A program made the position numbers and the translations under genes. A DNA stretch of 59,791 bases, counting the filler. It is 7 parts of 7 records of this genome, joined end to end, with 100 filler letters (N's around TTAATTAATTAA, not from the genome) between each part and the next. Parts side by side here need not be neighbours in the genome. Positions count along the whole stretch, not along the records: positions 33,043 to 43,104 come from SRR31156797_51407; positions 43,205 to 48,247 come from SRR31156797_51415; positions 48,348 to 54,297 come from SRR31156797_51441; 4 more parts are not named here. One strand, given 5' to 3'. Positions 39,351-49,192 of the stretch are shown here, piece after piece. Each line of letters opens with the position of its first letter. Within the stretch, counting starts at the first letter, position 1. The notes under the pieces were generated by a model. That model was not told where the DNA came from. It was given only the letters and a program-made list of their open reading frames with translations, and did no database searches.

Positions 39351-41058
39351 TGCGTTCCTCTTTCAGTCGGCCCAGCCGTATCTCCACGACCGTCTCATCC
39401 CTCTCCCTGGAGTAGAACAGTCCGGCATCCTCTCCGAAATGGAGTTTCAGACGCTTGTTCACATTGTTCAGGCCGATGCTTCCCGAATCCTCCAGGGCCC
39501 GTTCCCATGTCTCCGCGTCAATGCCGTCTCCGTTGTCGCAAACCAGAATCCGGGGGGGAGCGGCCTCGGCGATGATGGTTATTTTCCTGTCGCCCATCAG
39601 GCCCTCCAGGCCGTGGATGACCGCATTCTCCACGATGGGCTGTATGATCAGGCGGGGCAGGATGAAGGAGCGGAAGGCCTCTTCGATGCGGATCTCCCAG
39701 TTGAAACTTCCGCCGAAGCGGATCTTCTGTATCCTCAGATAGCCCTCCACCAGCCGCATGTTCTCTTCGATGGTGCTCAGCTCGTCGCGCTGATCCATAG
39801 CGTTCCTCAGCAGCTTGCCCAGCTGGGTGACGATGGTCGTGATCTCCTCTATCCCGTGGATCTTTGAGAGGGAGTTGATCGTGTTGAGGGTGTTGTAGAG
39901 GAAGTGCGGATTGATCTGGGACTGAAGGGCATGCCGTTCCGCCGTGCGGAGCGCCTTTTCCTTCTGCACACGGGACTCCAGAAGCTCGCGGATGCGCCCG
40001 GCCATGTCATTGAAACCGTGGATCAGGATATCGAACTCATCCCCGTTGGTTTCGTCCAGCCTGACCATCAGGTCTCCGCTCTCCATCCGCTTCATGGCCC
40101 CCGCCAGGGTGGTGACGGGACGGGATATGGACCGGGCTATGAGGAAGGCCATGAACGAGGATATGAGGAGGCCGATGATGGAGATAAGAAGGATCAGCCG
40201 TATCAGGGTCATCAGATTCCGGGCGGCCGTATTCAGCTTCAGCGTGCCCACCAGCATCAGCTCCTCGGGATAGGCCTGGGCATAGCAGACAAGGGTCTCC
40301 TCATGGGTGATGATTCCCGACCCCTCTGTGGGAACCCTCCAGCCCAGCTTTGAGAAATTACCGTACTCTCCGCTGCGGTAAAGGCTGACGAACTTGTAGT
40401 TGATGTTATCCATCAGGTAGATATCGGTGAAGAATCCCGCATTGATGGGACCCAGCAGCTCGGACAGAGGGCCGGCGTTCACATCCACGATCACATAGGC
40501 CGGTCCGGAGAGCTCCCCTTCGAGGAGGGTAAAGAGGGACAGAGCCACCCTTTCCCCTTTGGGATTGATAAAACTGTCCACAATGGGGAAGCTGCTGCGG
40601 TTCTTCTTCAGCTTCCTGTAGGTATCCAGGGAGGGATCGAAGGAGTTGGGATTATAGATGTCGGGAAGCATATGGGTGGAGAACAGCCTTTCTCCCCTGA
40701 GGTCGACGAGATGGATGGCCGCCTTCTCGATCTTTGCGCTCAGCTCCCTGTACATGGTGGAGTAGAGACGGGAGAGTTCGCTGCGCTCCGGGTATTCGGG
40801 ATCGAAGAGGGCATCGGCCATGATGGGCTCCTTAGCCAGCCTCGCGGCCAGTTCCCTGTACTCCTGGACAGAGAGATTCAGCCGGGAGACCAGCCTCTCC
40901 ATCCGCTCCGTCGACTGCTGGCTGTAGGTCTCCTCAACCATCCTGTTGGAAAAAAGCACCGAAACAATGCCCAGGAGAAGGACCTGGATCAAACCCGTCA
41001 GGAGAAGGGCGAGGAATATCCGTGTGAGAAAGCGCTTGGGCAGATAGCTGTGTATCAT
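39325..41058 (-). CDS. Sensor histidine kinase (YesM/LytS-like)
   Basis: Two TM segments, HAMP, LQSQINPHFLYNTLN, QPIVENAVIHG, DNGDG, IGLNNV. Confidence 0.93.
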   Translation of the reverse strand: MIHSYLPKRFLTRIFLALLLTGLIQVLLLGIVSVLFSNRMVEETYSQQSTERMERLVSRLNLSVQEYRELAARLAKEPIMADALFDPEYPERSELSRLYSTMYRELSAKIEKAAIHLVDLRGERLFSTHMLPDIYNPNSFDPSLDTYRKLKKNRSSFPIVDSFINPKGERVALSLFTLLEGELSGPAYVIVDVNAGPLSELLGPINAGFFTDIYLMDNINYKFVSLYRSGEYGNFSKLGWRVPTEGSGIITHEETLVCYAQAYPEELMLVGTLKLNTAARNLMTLIRLILLISIIGLLISSFMAFLIARSISRPVTTLAGAMKRMESGDLMVRLDETNGDEFDILIHGFNDMAGRIRELLESRVQKEKALRTAERHALQSQINPHFLYNTLNTINSLSKIHGIEEITTIVTQLGKLLRNAMDQRDELSTIEENMRLVEGYLRIQKIRFGGSFNWEIRIEEAFRSFILPRLIIQPIVENAVIHGLEGLMGDRKITIIAEAAPPRILVCDNGDGIDAETWERALEDSGSIGLNNVNKRLKLHFGEDAGLFYSRERDETVVEIRLGRLKEERNETESTDR

Positions 41059-41237
41059 GGCCCGTGTATTGTACCGTATCTACGGACTTTCCGGAAGGAT
41101 TTAAGGAGCCCCGGTCGGACTGAAATCGGCCCCTGAATCCGGTTTTATGCCCTCTTTGTTTAGCACTTGCATACTCCCTTTGAAAATGCGTCGGCCCTCC
41201 GGCACCGCCGATGGCGGGAATCCCGAATATGAGAGAG

Positions 41238-41276
41238 TTAACAGGATTCTAACAATTCCTTTATGGAAATCTTATC
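41238..41276 (+). promoter_or_regulatory. Pho-box-like direct repeats with 11-bp period upstream of pstS
   Basis: TTAACA (41238), CTAACA (41249), TTTATG (41260), CTTATC (41271). Confidence 0.55.
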
Positions 41277-41343
41277 TTCAAGCCTGATGATGGGCTCAAC
41301 TTAGATAAACATGTGATTTGAAAATTACAAGGAGTTGTTAATC

Positions 41344-42192
41344 GTGAAAAAAATTATTGCCCTTCTTCTCGTTCTCTTTGTTGCTGGCTTCGCCTTTGCC
41401 AATGGTCAGCAGGAATCTTCTGAAGCAGCTGCCGCAGAGTCCGGTTTCTCCGGAGATCTGGCCATGGGTGGTTCCACCACTGTCGCTCCCGTTATCGATA
41501 TCGCTCTTGAAGCATTCAAGAAGGATCAGCCCAATGTGAACGCTACCTACGCCTCCGTCGGTTCTTCCAATGGCATCCAGGGTGTCGTCGACGGCGTGTA
41601 CATGATCGGCGGTTCTTCCAAGAGCAAGGAAAAGAACGAAGCCAAGGGCGTTTACCCCACTCAGATCTGTATTGACGGTATCGCTACCGTCGTAAGCTCC
41701 AATGTCGCCGTAGACGACCTGACCCGCGAACAGATCACCGCCATCTACGCCGGTGAAATCACCAACTGGAAAGAGCTGGGCGGCGAAGACGCCGATATCG
41801 TCGTTCTGAGCCGCGACGAAGCGTCCGGCACCTATGACACATGGAAATCCTTCACCGTTAAGGCTGCCAAGAAAAGCTTTGTCGAGGGTATGATCGTCGT
41901 CGTATCCAACGGCGACCTCGCCTCCAAACTGGCTTCCACCCCCAATGCCATCGGATACGTGGGAGCCGGATTCATCGATGACATCGGTGACGCCAAGGTC
42001 CTGACCGTTGACGGTATCGAGGCCAATAAAGAAACCATCATGTCTTTCGAGTATCCCTATGCGCGCTACCTCTACGTGGTGACTCCTGCGGCTCCCGCCG
42101 CCGGTTCCCTGGAAGAGTACTTCATCGACTGGCTGCTGAGCTCCCGCGAGGGTAAGAAGTCCGTAGCCGACGCTGGTTACTACCCCCTCTAA
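41344..42192 (+). CDS. pstS: Phosphate ABC transporter substrate-binding protein
   Basis: GGSTTV, GSSNGI, SRDEASGT, NAIGY, YPYARYLY; AGGAG RBS before GTG 41344. Confidence 0.93.
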   Translation: MKKIIALLLVLFVAGFAFANGQQESSEAAAAESGFSGDLAMGGSTTVAPVIDIALEAFKKDQPNVNATYASVGSSNGIQGVVDGVYMIGGSSKSKEKNEAKGVYPTQICIDGIATVVSSNVAVDDLTREQITAIYAGEITNWKELGGEDADIVVLSRDEASGTYDTWKSFTVKAAKKSFVEGMIVVVSNGDLASKLASTPNAIGYVGAGFIDDIGDAKVLTVDGIEANKETIMSFEYPYARYLYVVTPAAPAAGSLEEYFIDWLLSSREGKKSVADAGYYPL

Positions 42193-42218
42193 GCTGTCTT
42201 TCGGCTTTCGAGAGAGAG

Positions 42219-42249
42219 AAAAATCCCGCTCGCAACGGCGGGATTTTTT
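42219..42249 (+). terminator. Stem-loop/terminator between pstS and pstC
   Basis: AAAAATCCCGC..GCGGGATTTTT. Confidence 0.75.
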
Positions 42250-42343
42250 AGCAACCTAATTCAAAAATAAAATCCTTTTTTATTCTTTTATGCTAACTGA
42301 TAATCCCCCGGGACAGACTTTGGCATTTGGAAAGGAGTGTCCT

Positions 42344-43104
42344 ATGGACCAACGAAAGCGAAAAGAAAAAGCTATTGAAACCATGCTGCTGATCAGCGCC
42401 TCGGTAGCCGCTGTCAGTGTAGTTTTTATTATCATTTTTATATTTATGGAAGGACTGCCCCTTTTTAATGTGGTCAGCATTTGGGAGTTCTTTTTCACTG
42501 TCGACTGGTTTCCCACGGCGGAAGTCCCGTCCTTTGGAATCGGCGCCTTTATCCTCGGTTCGGTAATCGTAACCCTGCTGGCTTTGCTGTTCTCGGTTCC
42601 CATCGGCGTACTGGTCGGCGTATTTCTATCTGAAATGGCAAAGGGAAAGGTCGCATCCGTTCTGAAGAGCGTCGTACAGCTACTGGCGTCCATCCCTTCT
42701 GTAATATATGGTATTTTCGGTGTCGTTATCCTCGCGCCGATTGTGCGCACCCTTTTCGGCGGATCGGGCTACAGCCTGCTCTCCGCGGCGATCATCCTGG
42801 GCATCATGACTCTGCCCACCATCATCTCCATAACCCAGGTGTCCATCAGGGCGGTTCCCCACGAGTACCGCGAGGGTTCGCTGGCTCTGGGGGCCACCAA
42901 TTCCCAGACCATCGTCAAGGTTCTGATTCCCGCTGCCCGCTCAGGGATTCTGGCCGGCGTCGTGCTGGGGATGGGACGGGCGATCGGCGAGACCATGGCC
43001 GTGCTGATGGTCGGCGGGAACGCGCCGAACCTGTCCAAGGGCCTGACCGACAGCGTCCGCACGCTGACAATGAACATCGTAACCGATATGTCCTATGCCG
43101 ACGG
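42344..43104 (+). CDS. pstC: Phosphate ABC transporter permease (3' truncated)
   Basis: LASIPSVIYG, EGSLALGAT, GRAIGETMAV; AAGGAG RBS before ATG 42344. Confidence 0.93.
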
Positions 43105-43204
43105 NNNNNNNNNNNNNNNNNNNNNNNNNNNNNNNNNNNNNNNNNNNNTTAATTAATTAANNNNNNNNNNNNNNNNNNNNNNNNNNNNNNNNNNNNNNNN
43201 NNNN
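43105..43204. other. Artificial contig linker
   Basis: N-TTAATTAATTAA-N. Confidence 0.99.
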
Positions 43205-43465
43205 GATCAAATGGGTATGGGCGTCAATGAACCCGGGGCAGATAATACGTCCGCCCGCTTCGATAATCTCGGTCTCCGGACCGACGGTGTGCTGAGCGTC
43301 CGGCCCCACATAGGCGATCCATTCATCCACCATGGCGACGGAACGACCCGGCAGCATGCGCCCCGTGTAAACATCCATCAACACCCCGTATTTGACCACC
43401 AGATCCGCAGGATGCTTTCCCAGCGCCACATCGGCCAGCTTACGCACATCTCTATTGATTTCCAT
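43205..43465 (-). CDS. ade: Adenine deaminase family amidohydrolase, N-terminal fragment
   Basis: VALGKHPADLV..DVYTG..IAYVG..PGFIDAHTH. Confidence 0.8.
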
Positions 43466-43546
43466 TATTTAATCATCCTTATTGAAGGCGATAAACCGCT
43501 GAATATAATGGGAAATTGAATACTTGCCATGAAGGTTGACAAATTA

Positions 43547-44524
43547 TCAAACACCATGGAGAAGCGCCCTTTTTACAAGGGTTCTTGCGATTTCGATTTT
43601 GTAAGCGTTTTTGCTGAGAGGAACGGCGTCCGCCACTGCGGCTTCGGCAGCGGCTTCGACGGTTTCATGGTTCATCCTTTGGCCGGATAGCAGCGCCTCG
43701 GCTTTCAATGCCCGGTAAGGCCCCGGCGCTACGGCGCCCAGCACAATTCGAGCATCAGAACAGATTCCGTCCCGGAGGACCGTCAACAACCCCACACTTA
43801 CAATGGCAAAATCGATGGACTCCCGCACCCGGTGCTTGATAAACACCTGCCGGTTTTCATCGGGCGGGCGGGGGATCCGGATTTCCGTGATGATCTCATG
43901 GGGCGCCAGCGCATTTCCCATGGGGTTATAAAAATCCATTACCTTCAGAAGCCGTTCACCATCCGGTCCGACGATTCGAATTTCCGCATCAAGGGCCGCC
44001 AGGGCAACGGCCGTGTCCGACGGGCAGACGGCGAAACAGCGTTTGCCGCCGAAGATGGCATGGTATCGGTTATCCCCCTTAACCGCTCGACACGGACCTT
44101 CGCCCTTGCGGCGGCATATGATGCGCCCCCCGATTTCATGGGGGTAGCGGTAATACCAGCAGCGGGTCTCCTGGGCCAGATTGCCGCCGAGGGAGCCCAT
44201 ATAACGGATTTGGGGCGTAGCGACCGACAGGGCAGCCTGGGCAAGTATCGGACAATCTTCCTTCACTTCCGGGGAATCGATCATGTCCGCAAGTTTGGCC
44301 ATGGCACCTATTTTTAATCCTGCCTCATCCATATGGATGTAATCCAGGCCGGGGATACTTTTGAGATTGATGATCAGTTCCGGATAGACCGCCGGGGCTT
44401 TCGTCTTGAGCAACCCGAGCAGATCGGTCCCCCCCGCCAGCAAGCGGGCCTTTTCTCCATATTCAACCAGCAATCTTATGGCCTGGGATAGGGATTTGGC
44501 ATCAATGTGCCGGAAAAGTTTCAT
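43547..44524 (-). CDS. Xanthine dehydrogenase family FAD subunit with Cys-rich insertion (PaoB/HcrB-like)
   Basis: LAGGTDLL, ATPQIR..GSLGGNL, RCWYYR..C..C..CFAVCPSD. Confidence 0.92.
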   Translation of the reverse strand: MKLFRHIDAKSLSQAIRLLVEYGEKARLLAGGTDLLGLLKTKAPAVYPELIINLKSIPGLDYIHMDEAGLKIGAMAKLADMIDSPEVKEDCPILAQAALSVATPQIRYMGSLGGNLAQETRCWYYRYPHEIGGRIICRRKGEGPCRAVKGDNRYHAIFGGKRCFAVCPSDTAVALAALDAEIRIVGPDGERLLKVMDFYNPMGNALAPHEIITEIRIPRPPDENRQVFIKHRVRESIDFAIVSVGLLTVLRDGICSDARIVLGAVAPGPYRALKAEALLSGQRMNHETVEAAAEAAVADAVPLSKNAYKIEIARTLVKRALLHGV

Positions 44525-44539
44525 GATATTTGATTCCCC

Positions 44540-46801
44540 TTATATCTTTCCCAAGGCTTTCAGAATTTTATCAGAGGTCAAGGGATATTCCATGATTCGG
44601 GTTCCGATGGCATTATTAACCGCCATAAGTACAGCGCTGGGACCCGGCGAAGTGGCGATCTCCCCTACCCCCACGGCCCCGAAACGGTGGCTGGGGATGG
44701 GCGTTTCCAGGATCACATTGGTAAAATACGGCATGTCGGCAAAGGTGCGCCATTTGTAATCCACCATATTGCCGTTCAAGGTGCGTCCGGTCTTTTCATC
44801 CAAGACCGTCTCCTCGAAAATGGCCGTATCCAGGCCGGCCGAACCCAGGGCGCCGTGAAGCTGCCCTTCAAGGGCCTTTGGGGATATGATGCGGCCGCAA
44901 TCGGTGGCGTTGACCACCCTCACCAGATCCACCCTCCCCGTCTCCGTATCCACCGCCACTTCAACGAAGGTCATGAGGAAATTGCAGAGGGAATAATCGG
45001 GATCAAACCGACCCTCGCCCGTCAGGGTGCGGGTGATCCCCGTTATTCTGCGCCATGGGATTCTTTTCTCTGGCCGTCCGAACATAAATATCATGCCGTC
45101 TTCCGTATCCAGTTGCCCGGGCGTGGCCTCGAACCGGTGCGCCGCCATTTCCAGCAGTTTACGCCGGGCATCTTCCGCCGCCGCGATCACGGCCGACCCC
45201 ACCGCATAGGTACCTCGGGATCCCATGAGTCCGAATTCAAAGGGATTCACATGGGTATCAGGAGGTGACATACACACCTTTTCAAGGGGCAGCTTCAATA
45301 CCTCGGCGGCCATTTTGCACAGGCTGCTCCGTTGCCCGGGACCGGATTCGGAGACACAGCAGTGCACCATGGCCCGCCCGTCCGGGGTCAGCTTTATGAG
45401 GGCCTCGGATGCGTCCTCTCCCACGTCGGCATTGCCGTGCACGCCCAGGCCCACGCCCCGCCGCTTCACGCCGTCCAGGAGGCTGGGTTTTCGCCATCCC
45501 CGCCATTTATCCTTCCAGCCGAAGGCCTCGGCACCCTTTTCCATGGCCTTTGTAAAAGCTATCCCCCTGTAGGTCCACCAGTTCCCTTCCCGCCAGAAAT
45601 AGCCGTCTCCCGCCTTGACGAAATTTTTCTTGAAGAATTCAAGAGGGTCGAGGCCGGCCTTTTCCATGGCCAGGGATACCACCGGCAGGATGGAACTCTC
45701 CAGTTCCTGGCCCCCGTACCCCCTGACGATGCCGGAAGGGGATCGGTTTGTGCAGACCAGTTTGGGGTTCAGGTCCCAGTTCTTACACCGCAACACCAGC
45801 TGCAGTTCACCGCAGCCCACGGCGATCTGGAAAGGCCCCGATTCCGACCCCGATCCCGTGTTCACAAGCCATTGGCCCGAGACGGCGGTTAAAGTACCGT
45901 CCCGCTTCATGCCCACCTTGGCGTGAATCCGTGAACCCAAACGCAGGGAGTAGGCATGAAAATGCTCTTCCTTGGTATAATAGACCTTTACCGGTCGCCC
46001 GGTGGCCCTGGACAGGAGGGCCGCATATCCCACCGGCGTCATGTTGGCGTTTTTAGTGCCGTAACTGCCGCCGCAATGGGTGCTGATGGCCCGCATATCG
46101 GCCATGCCGATGAAGGGGATGCCGATGAAGCGGTTGAAGGCGATGGACTGGGAAGGGGTATAGATGGTCAGGCAGTCCGGCGTCTCCCACGTGGCGATGA
46201 CGCCCGGCGGTTCCGGGGGCAGCGGATTGGGAAATATTTCGTAACCACATGTTCCTTCGGCAACAACGTCAGCTTCGGCAAATCCCTGATCCACATTGCC
46301 CATATGAAGACCGTTCAGCAGCTTGGGTTCATATACGGGTGGATCCCCGGGGTATGTGTTATTTGGATATTGGCCGTATATAGGTGGGTCATCAGCCTCG
46401 GTGGATGCTTCCACATCATAAACCGCGGGCAACGGTTCGTACCCCACCTCGATTAATTCCAATGCGGCCTCGGCGATATCCGCGGTATCGGCGGCCACAA
46501 TGGCGACTGCATCGCCCACATAACGGACCTTGCCGTCCAGCACTCTGATGTGTTTGGGAATCCCCCATTCCCAGGCCGGGATGTCCTTATGGGTAAGCAC
46601 CGCCCTGACGCCCGTTAACGACTTGGCGCGACTGCAATTCATGTGGGCGACATGGGCGTGTGCATGGGGACTTCGAAGGATTTTACCAAAAAGCATTCCT
46701 GGAAGTTTTATATCATCAATATAGTTTGCCTTGCCGGTGACAATGTCCCGGGCATCCTTGCGAGGCGTTTCTTTCCCGATGTGTCGGTATTTTTCAGTCA
46801 T
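44540..46801 (-). CDS. Xanthine dehydrogenase family molybdopterin-binding subunit
   Basis: LRSPHAHA, GGSYGTK, RGYGG, MGSRG, GVGE. Confidence 0.93.
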   Translation of the reverse strand: MTEKYRHIGKETPRKDARDIVTGKANYIDDIKLPGMLFGKILRSPHAHAHVAHMNCSRAKSLTGVRAVLTHKDIPAWEWGIPKHIRVLDGKVRYVGDAVAIVAADTADIAEAALELIEVGYEPLPAVYDVEASTEADDPPIYGQYPNNTYPGDPPVYEPKLLNGLHMGNVDQGFAEADVVAEGTCGYEIFPNPLPPEPPGVIATWETPDCLTIYTPSQSIAFNRFIGIPFIGMADMRAISTHCGGSYGTKNANMTPVGYAALLSRATGRPVKVYYTKEEHFHAYSLRLGSRIHAKVGMKRDGTLTAVSGQWLVNTGSGSESGPFQIAVGCGELQLVLRCKNWDLNPKLVCTNRSPSGIVRGYGGQELESSILPVVSLAMEKAGLDPLEFFKKNFVKAGDGYFWREGNWWTYRGIAFTKAMEKGAEAFGWKDKWRGWRKPSLLDGVKRRGVGLGVHGNADVGEDASEALIKLTPDGRAMVHCCVSESGPGQRSSLCKMAAEVLKLPLEKVCMSPPDTHVNPFEFGLMGSRGTYAVGSAVIAAAEDARRKLLEMAAHRFEATPGQLDTEDGMIFMFGRPEKRIPWRRITGITRTLTGEGRFDPDYSLCNFLMTFVEVAVDTETGRVDLVRVVNATDCGRIISPKALEGQLHGALGSAGLDTAIFEETVLDEKTGRTLNGNMVDYKWRTFADMPYFTNVILETPIPSHRFGAVGVGEIATSPGPSAVLMAVNNAIGTRIMEYPLTSDKILKALGKI

Positions 46802-47337
46802 GATGCTTCTTTTTCGCCATTTCCGTCTTTCGCCGCGTCCAATACCGCCTCCACCACCTCATAGTGGGAGATGCAACGGCAATAGTGTCCCGCCAACGCC
46901 TGTTTCACCTGCTCTTCGCCGGGGTCCGGTTCCCTGTCTAATAACGCCTTGGCGCTCATGAGAATCCCCGGTGTGCAGAAACCGCACTGAAAAGCGGTAT
47001 GATCCATAAAGGATTGTTGCAGCGGATGCATCCGGCCGGTTTCCTGATCCTCCAGCCCCTCAATGGTGATAATTTCGGCGTCATTGCACTCGACCGTCAG
47101 GGTCATGCAGGACAGGATCGGTTTTCCGTTCATGAGTACCGTGCATGATCCGCATGATCCCTGGTCGCAGCCGATTTTGGTTCCCGTAAGCCCCAGCGTT
47201 TCCCGAAGGGTGTGGGCCAGGGTATCCGTTGGGGTTATGGCGCCGTGGGTCAGGCCCACCGCAAAGTCATGGGACTTTCCGTTGACCGTGAGATGGACGA
47301 TGCTACCTTCCCGCTCATTTTCTGCTGCTTTGTACAT
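46798..47337 (-). CDS. Xanthine dehydrogenase family 2Fe-2S subunit
   Basis: GTKIGCDQGSCGSCTV, QCGFCTPG, CRC; GAGGA RBS favours ATG 47337. Confidence 0.93.
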   Translation of the reverse strand: MYKAAENEREGSIVHLTVNGKSHDFAVGLTHGAITPTDTLAHTLRETLGLTGTKIGCDQGSCGSCTVLMNGKPILSCMTLTVECNDAEIITIEGLEDQETGRMHPLQQSFMDHTAFQCGFCTPGILMSAKALLDREPDPGEEQVKQALAGHYCRCISHYEVVEAVLDAAKDGNGEKEAS

Positions 47338-47374
47338 AGATGTATTCCTCGAATGAGACATGGTCGTGAACGCC

Positions 47375-48109
47375 TTAGAAATCCTCCTCAACCAAGCACT
47401 CATAATTCCGGAAGGTTCTTGCGATCATGATGTCCATGGAACTTAACGCTTTTCCTTCCCGGTTGATGCGCTCGAATATCTCCCGTACCGCCGGGATGTC
47501 AAACCCTTCCATATGGATTAAGGATAAATTGTAATCTGAAAAAACATGCACCAGTTGCCGGAGGTTATTTTCGATGAGTCGGTCGGCCCCCGGTTCCCGC
47601 ATAACGCGCGCCAGTACCTGACCTCCGCCGTTCATCATCCGGCTCAAGGTGATCAGGAATGCCGGATTGACCGTTCGTTTCCGTCGGTTCAATTCATGGG
47701 CAAAAAAGAAATTTTCGTTCACCGCGTCGAAGAAAAGGGAGTAGTCAAAATCCCTTTCCCCCTTGACGCTTCCTTTCCCTCCCAACAAGGGCATCAGCAA
47801 GGCGGTGGCCCGCTGTTGACCGTCCAGGATATACACCCTCTTGGCATCTTCACGGGGGGTTGCCCCCTTCTTTTCAAGGATAAATCCGCCTATTTTGCGG
47901 TGAATGTTGAGGCGGATATCCGTTTCCCAGCAGAGGATGCTGCCGATGGGGTAAAATCGATAAATGCTTTCCCAAAGCTTGATAATGTCATCCCGATCCC
48001 AAACAAATTCCCGTTGGAATGAGGGGATCAGGATCCTGTTTTGGGCCAGAAGGGTCGTAAACTCGACGATCTTCTTCTCCCGTGCATGAATGGAACGGTT
48101 CGTTATCAC
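47375..48109 (-). CDS. Stand-alone DUF262 (GmrS-like) domain protein
   Basis: IPSFQREFVW, YPIGS, LDGQQR, IFERINREG; AGGAG RBS; protein ends just after the domain. Confidence 0.88.
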   Translation of the reverse strand: MITNRSIHAREKKIVEFTTLLAQNRILIPSFQREFVWDRDDIIKLWESIYRFYPIGSILCWETDIRLNIHRKIGGFILEKKGATPREDAKRVYILDGQQRATALLMPLLGGKGSVKGERDFDYSLFFDAVNENFFFAHELNRRKRTVNPAFLITLSRMMNGGGQVLARVMREPGADRLIENNLRQLVHVFSDYNLSLIHMEGFDIPAVREIFERINREGKALSSMDIMIARTFRNYECLVEEDF

Positions 48110-48120
48110 GCAAACATCTC

Positions 48121-48246
48121 CTAATACTTCATCAAGCTGGGCAAAACAGTGGCGATGGCCGGAAATATCATAATCAACAGCATGGCCACCATATCGATGG
48201 TCACAAAAGGGGTCACCGACCGATAAATATCCATCATGGTGGTCTT
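48121..48246 (-). CDS. TRAP transporter large permease DctM, C-terminal fragment
   Basis: Manual translation KTTMMDIYRSVTPFV..FPAIATVLPSLMKY*. Confidence 0.7.
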   Translation of the reverse strand, partial: KTTMMDIYRSVTPFVTIDMVAMLLIMIFPAIATVLPSLMKY

Positions 48247-48247
48247 G

Positions 48248-48347
48248 NNNNNNNNNNNNNNNNNNNNNNNNNNNNNNNNNNNNNNNNNNNNTTAATTAAT
48301 TAANNNNNNNNNNNNNNNNNNNNNNNNNNNNNNNNNNNNNNNNNNNN
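48248..48347. other. Artificial contig linker
   Basis: N-TTAATTAATTAA-N. Confidence 0.99.
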
Positions 48348-48349
48348 AC

Positions 48350-48559
48350 CCGTTTACAGTGGATAAGCGTCGTGGAAAAACAGTGCGCCTGCCGAATCTT
48401 GATAAATCGGATTTTTACAGCTACTTGAAGAATATACCGAAGCTTACCCAAAAGCTTGAAAAGGCAAAGGATGTTGCAGCTATTCCAAACGAGGTTCATT
48501 ACTTGATGGCTGTATTGATCCGTGGCGGCGTTTTCAGTGGTGAAAGTGATAAAAAATAA
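48350..48559 (+). CDS. cas7f: Type I-F CRISPR backbone protein Cas7f/Csy3, C-terminal fragment (contig edge)
   Basis: Frame open from the edge: PFTVDKRRGKTVRLP..DFYSYL..HYLMAVLIRGGVF, matching the Csy3 C-terminal DFY..H(Y/F)xxAxLI(R/K)GG signature; directly upstream of cas6f. Confidence 0.88.
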   Translation, partial: PFTVDKRRGKTVRLPNLDKSDFYSYLKNIPKLTQKLEKAKDVAAIPNEVHYLMAVLIRGGVFSGESDKK

Positions 48560-48577
48560 GTATTTCGAGGAACTGTC

Positions 48578-49192
48578 ATGTTAAAACATTATTTGGAGAT
48601 TGTAGCCCAACCTTACGATGATGATTTCCATTTCATTATCAATAAGGTTTTTAACCGATTGCATGGAATTATCAGTCAATACGAGTTGAATCTCGGATTG
48701 TCATTTCCTAAGATGTCACCACGGTCTCCCGGAGAGATGATTCGAGTTTTTGGAGTTTCAAATCAATTGCAGCAGGTTCTGGATAATCACGGTATGCGGG
48801 CTCTCGCACAAAGGCGTATGATCATTATTTCCGAGATACGTGAGGTTCCTTTGAAAGCTCGTTCCATAGCCTATTTAAGATGCCGTAAACCAGAAAAAGT
48901 ATCAAAGTTTAAAATCAAAAGGACCGTAAAAAGATTGCGGATGCGTAGTTTGAGTCGTGGTGAAAGCTTGGCCGAAGGAGTGGATGAAAAAATTAAAAGT
49001 TCAATGTTAAAAAAAGCTGACAATATTGGAAGTTATCCATTTTTTATGGTTGAAAGGAGGGATTCAAAATTTCCGATTTATATCAAGCGGGAAGACCCTG
49101 AAAATTTTAAACAGAAAGAAGTGGGAAAATTTAGCAGGTATGGATTGGGGAATGGAGTTGAAAATGAAATCAGTACGGTTTTTGAATTTTAA
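48578..49192 (+). CDS. cas6f: Type I-F CRISPR endoribonuclease Cas6f/Csy4
   Basis: HYLEI, LH with His at residue 29, GLSFP, G..IRVFG, EVP, Arg/Lys-rich helix, FSRYGL; GAGG RBS. Confidence 0.92.
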   Translation: MLKHYLEIVAQPYDDDFHFIINKVFNRLHGIISQYELNLGLSFPKMSPRSPGEMIRVFGVSNQLQQVLDNHGMRALAQRRMIIISEIREVPLKARSIAYLRCRKPEKVSKFKIKRTVKRLRMRSLSRGESLAEGVDEKIKSSMLKKADNIGSYPFFMVERRDSKFPIYIKREDPENFKQKEVGKFSRYGLGNGVENEISTVFEF

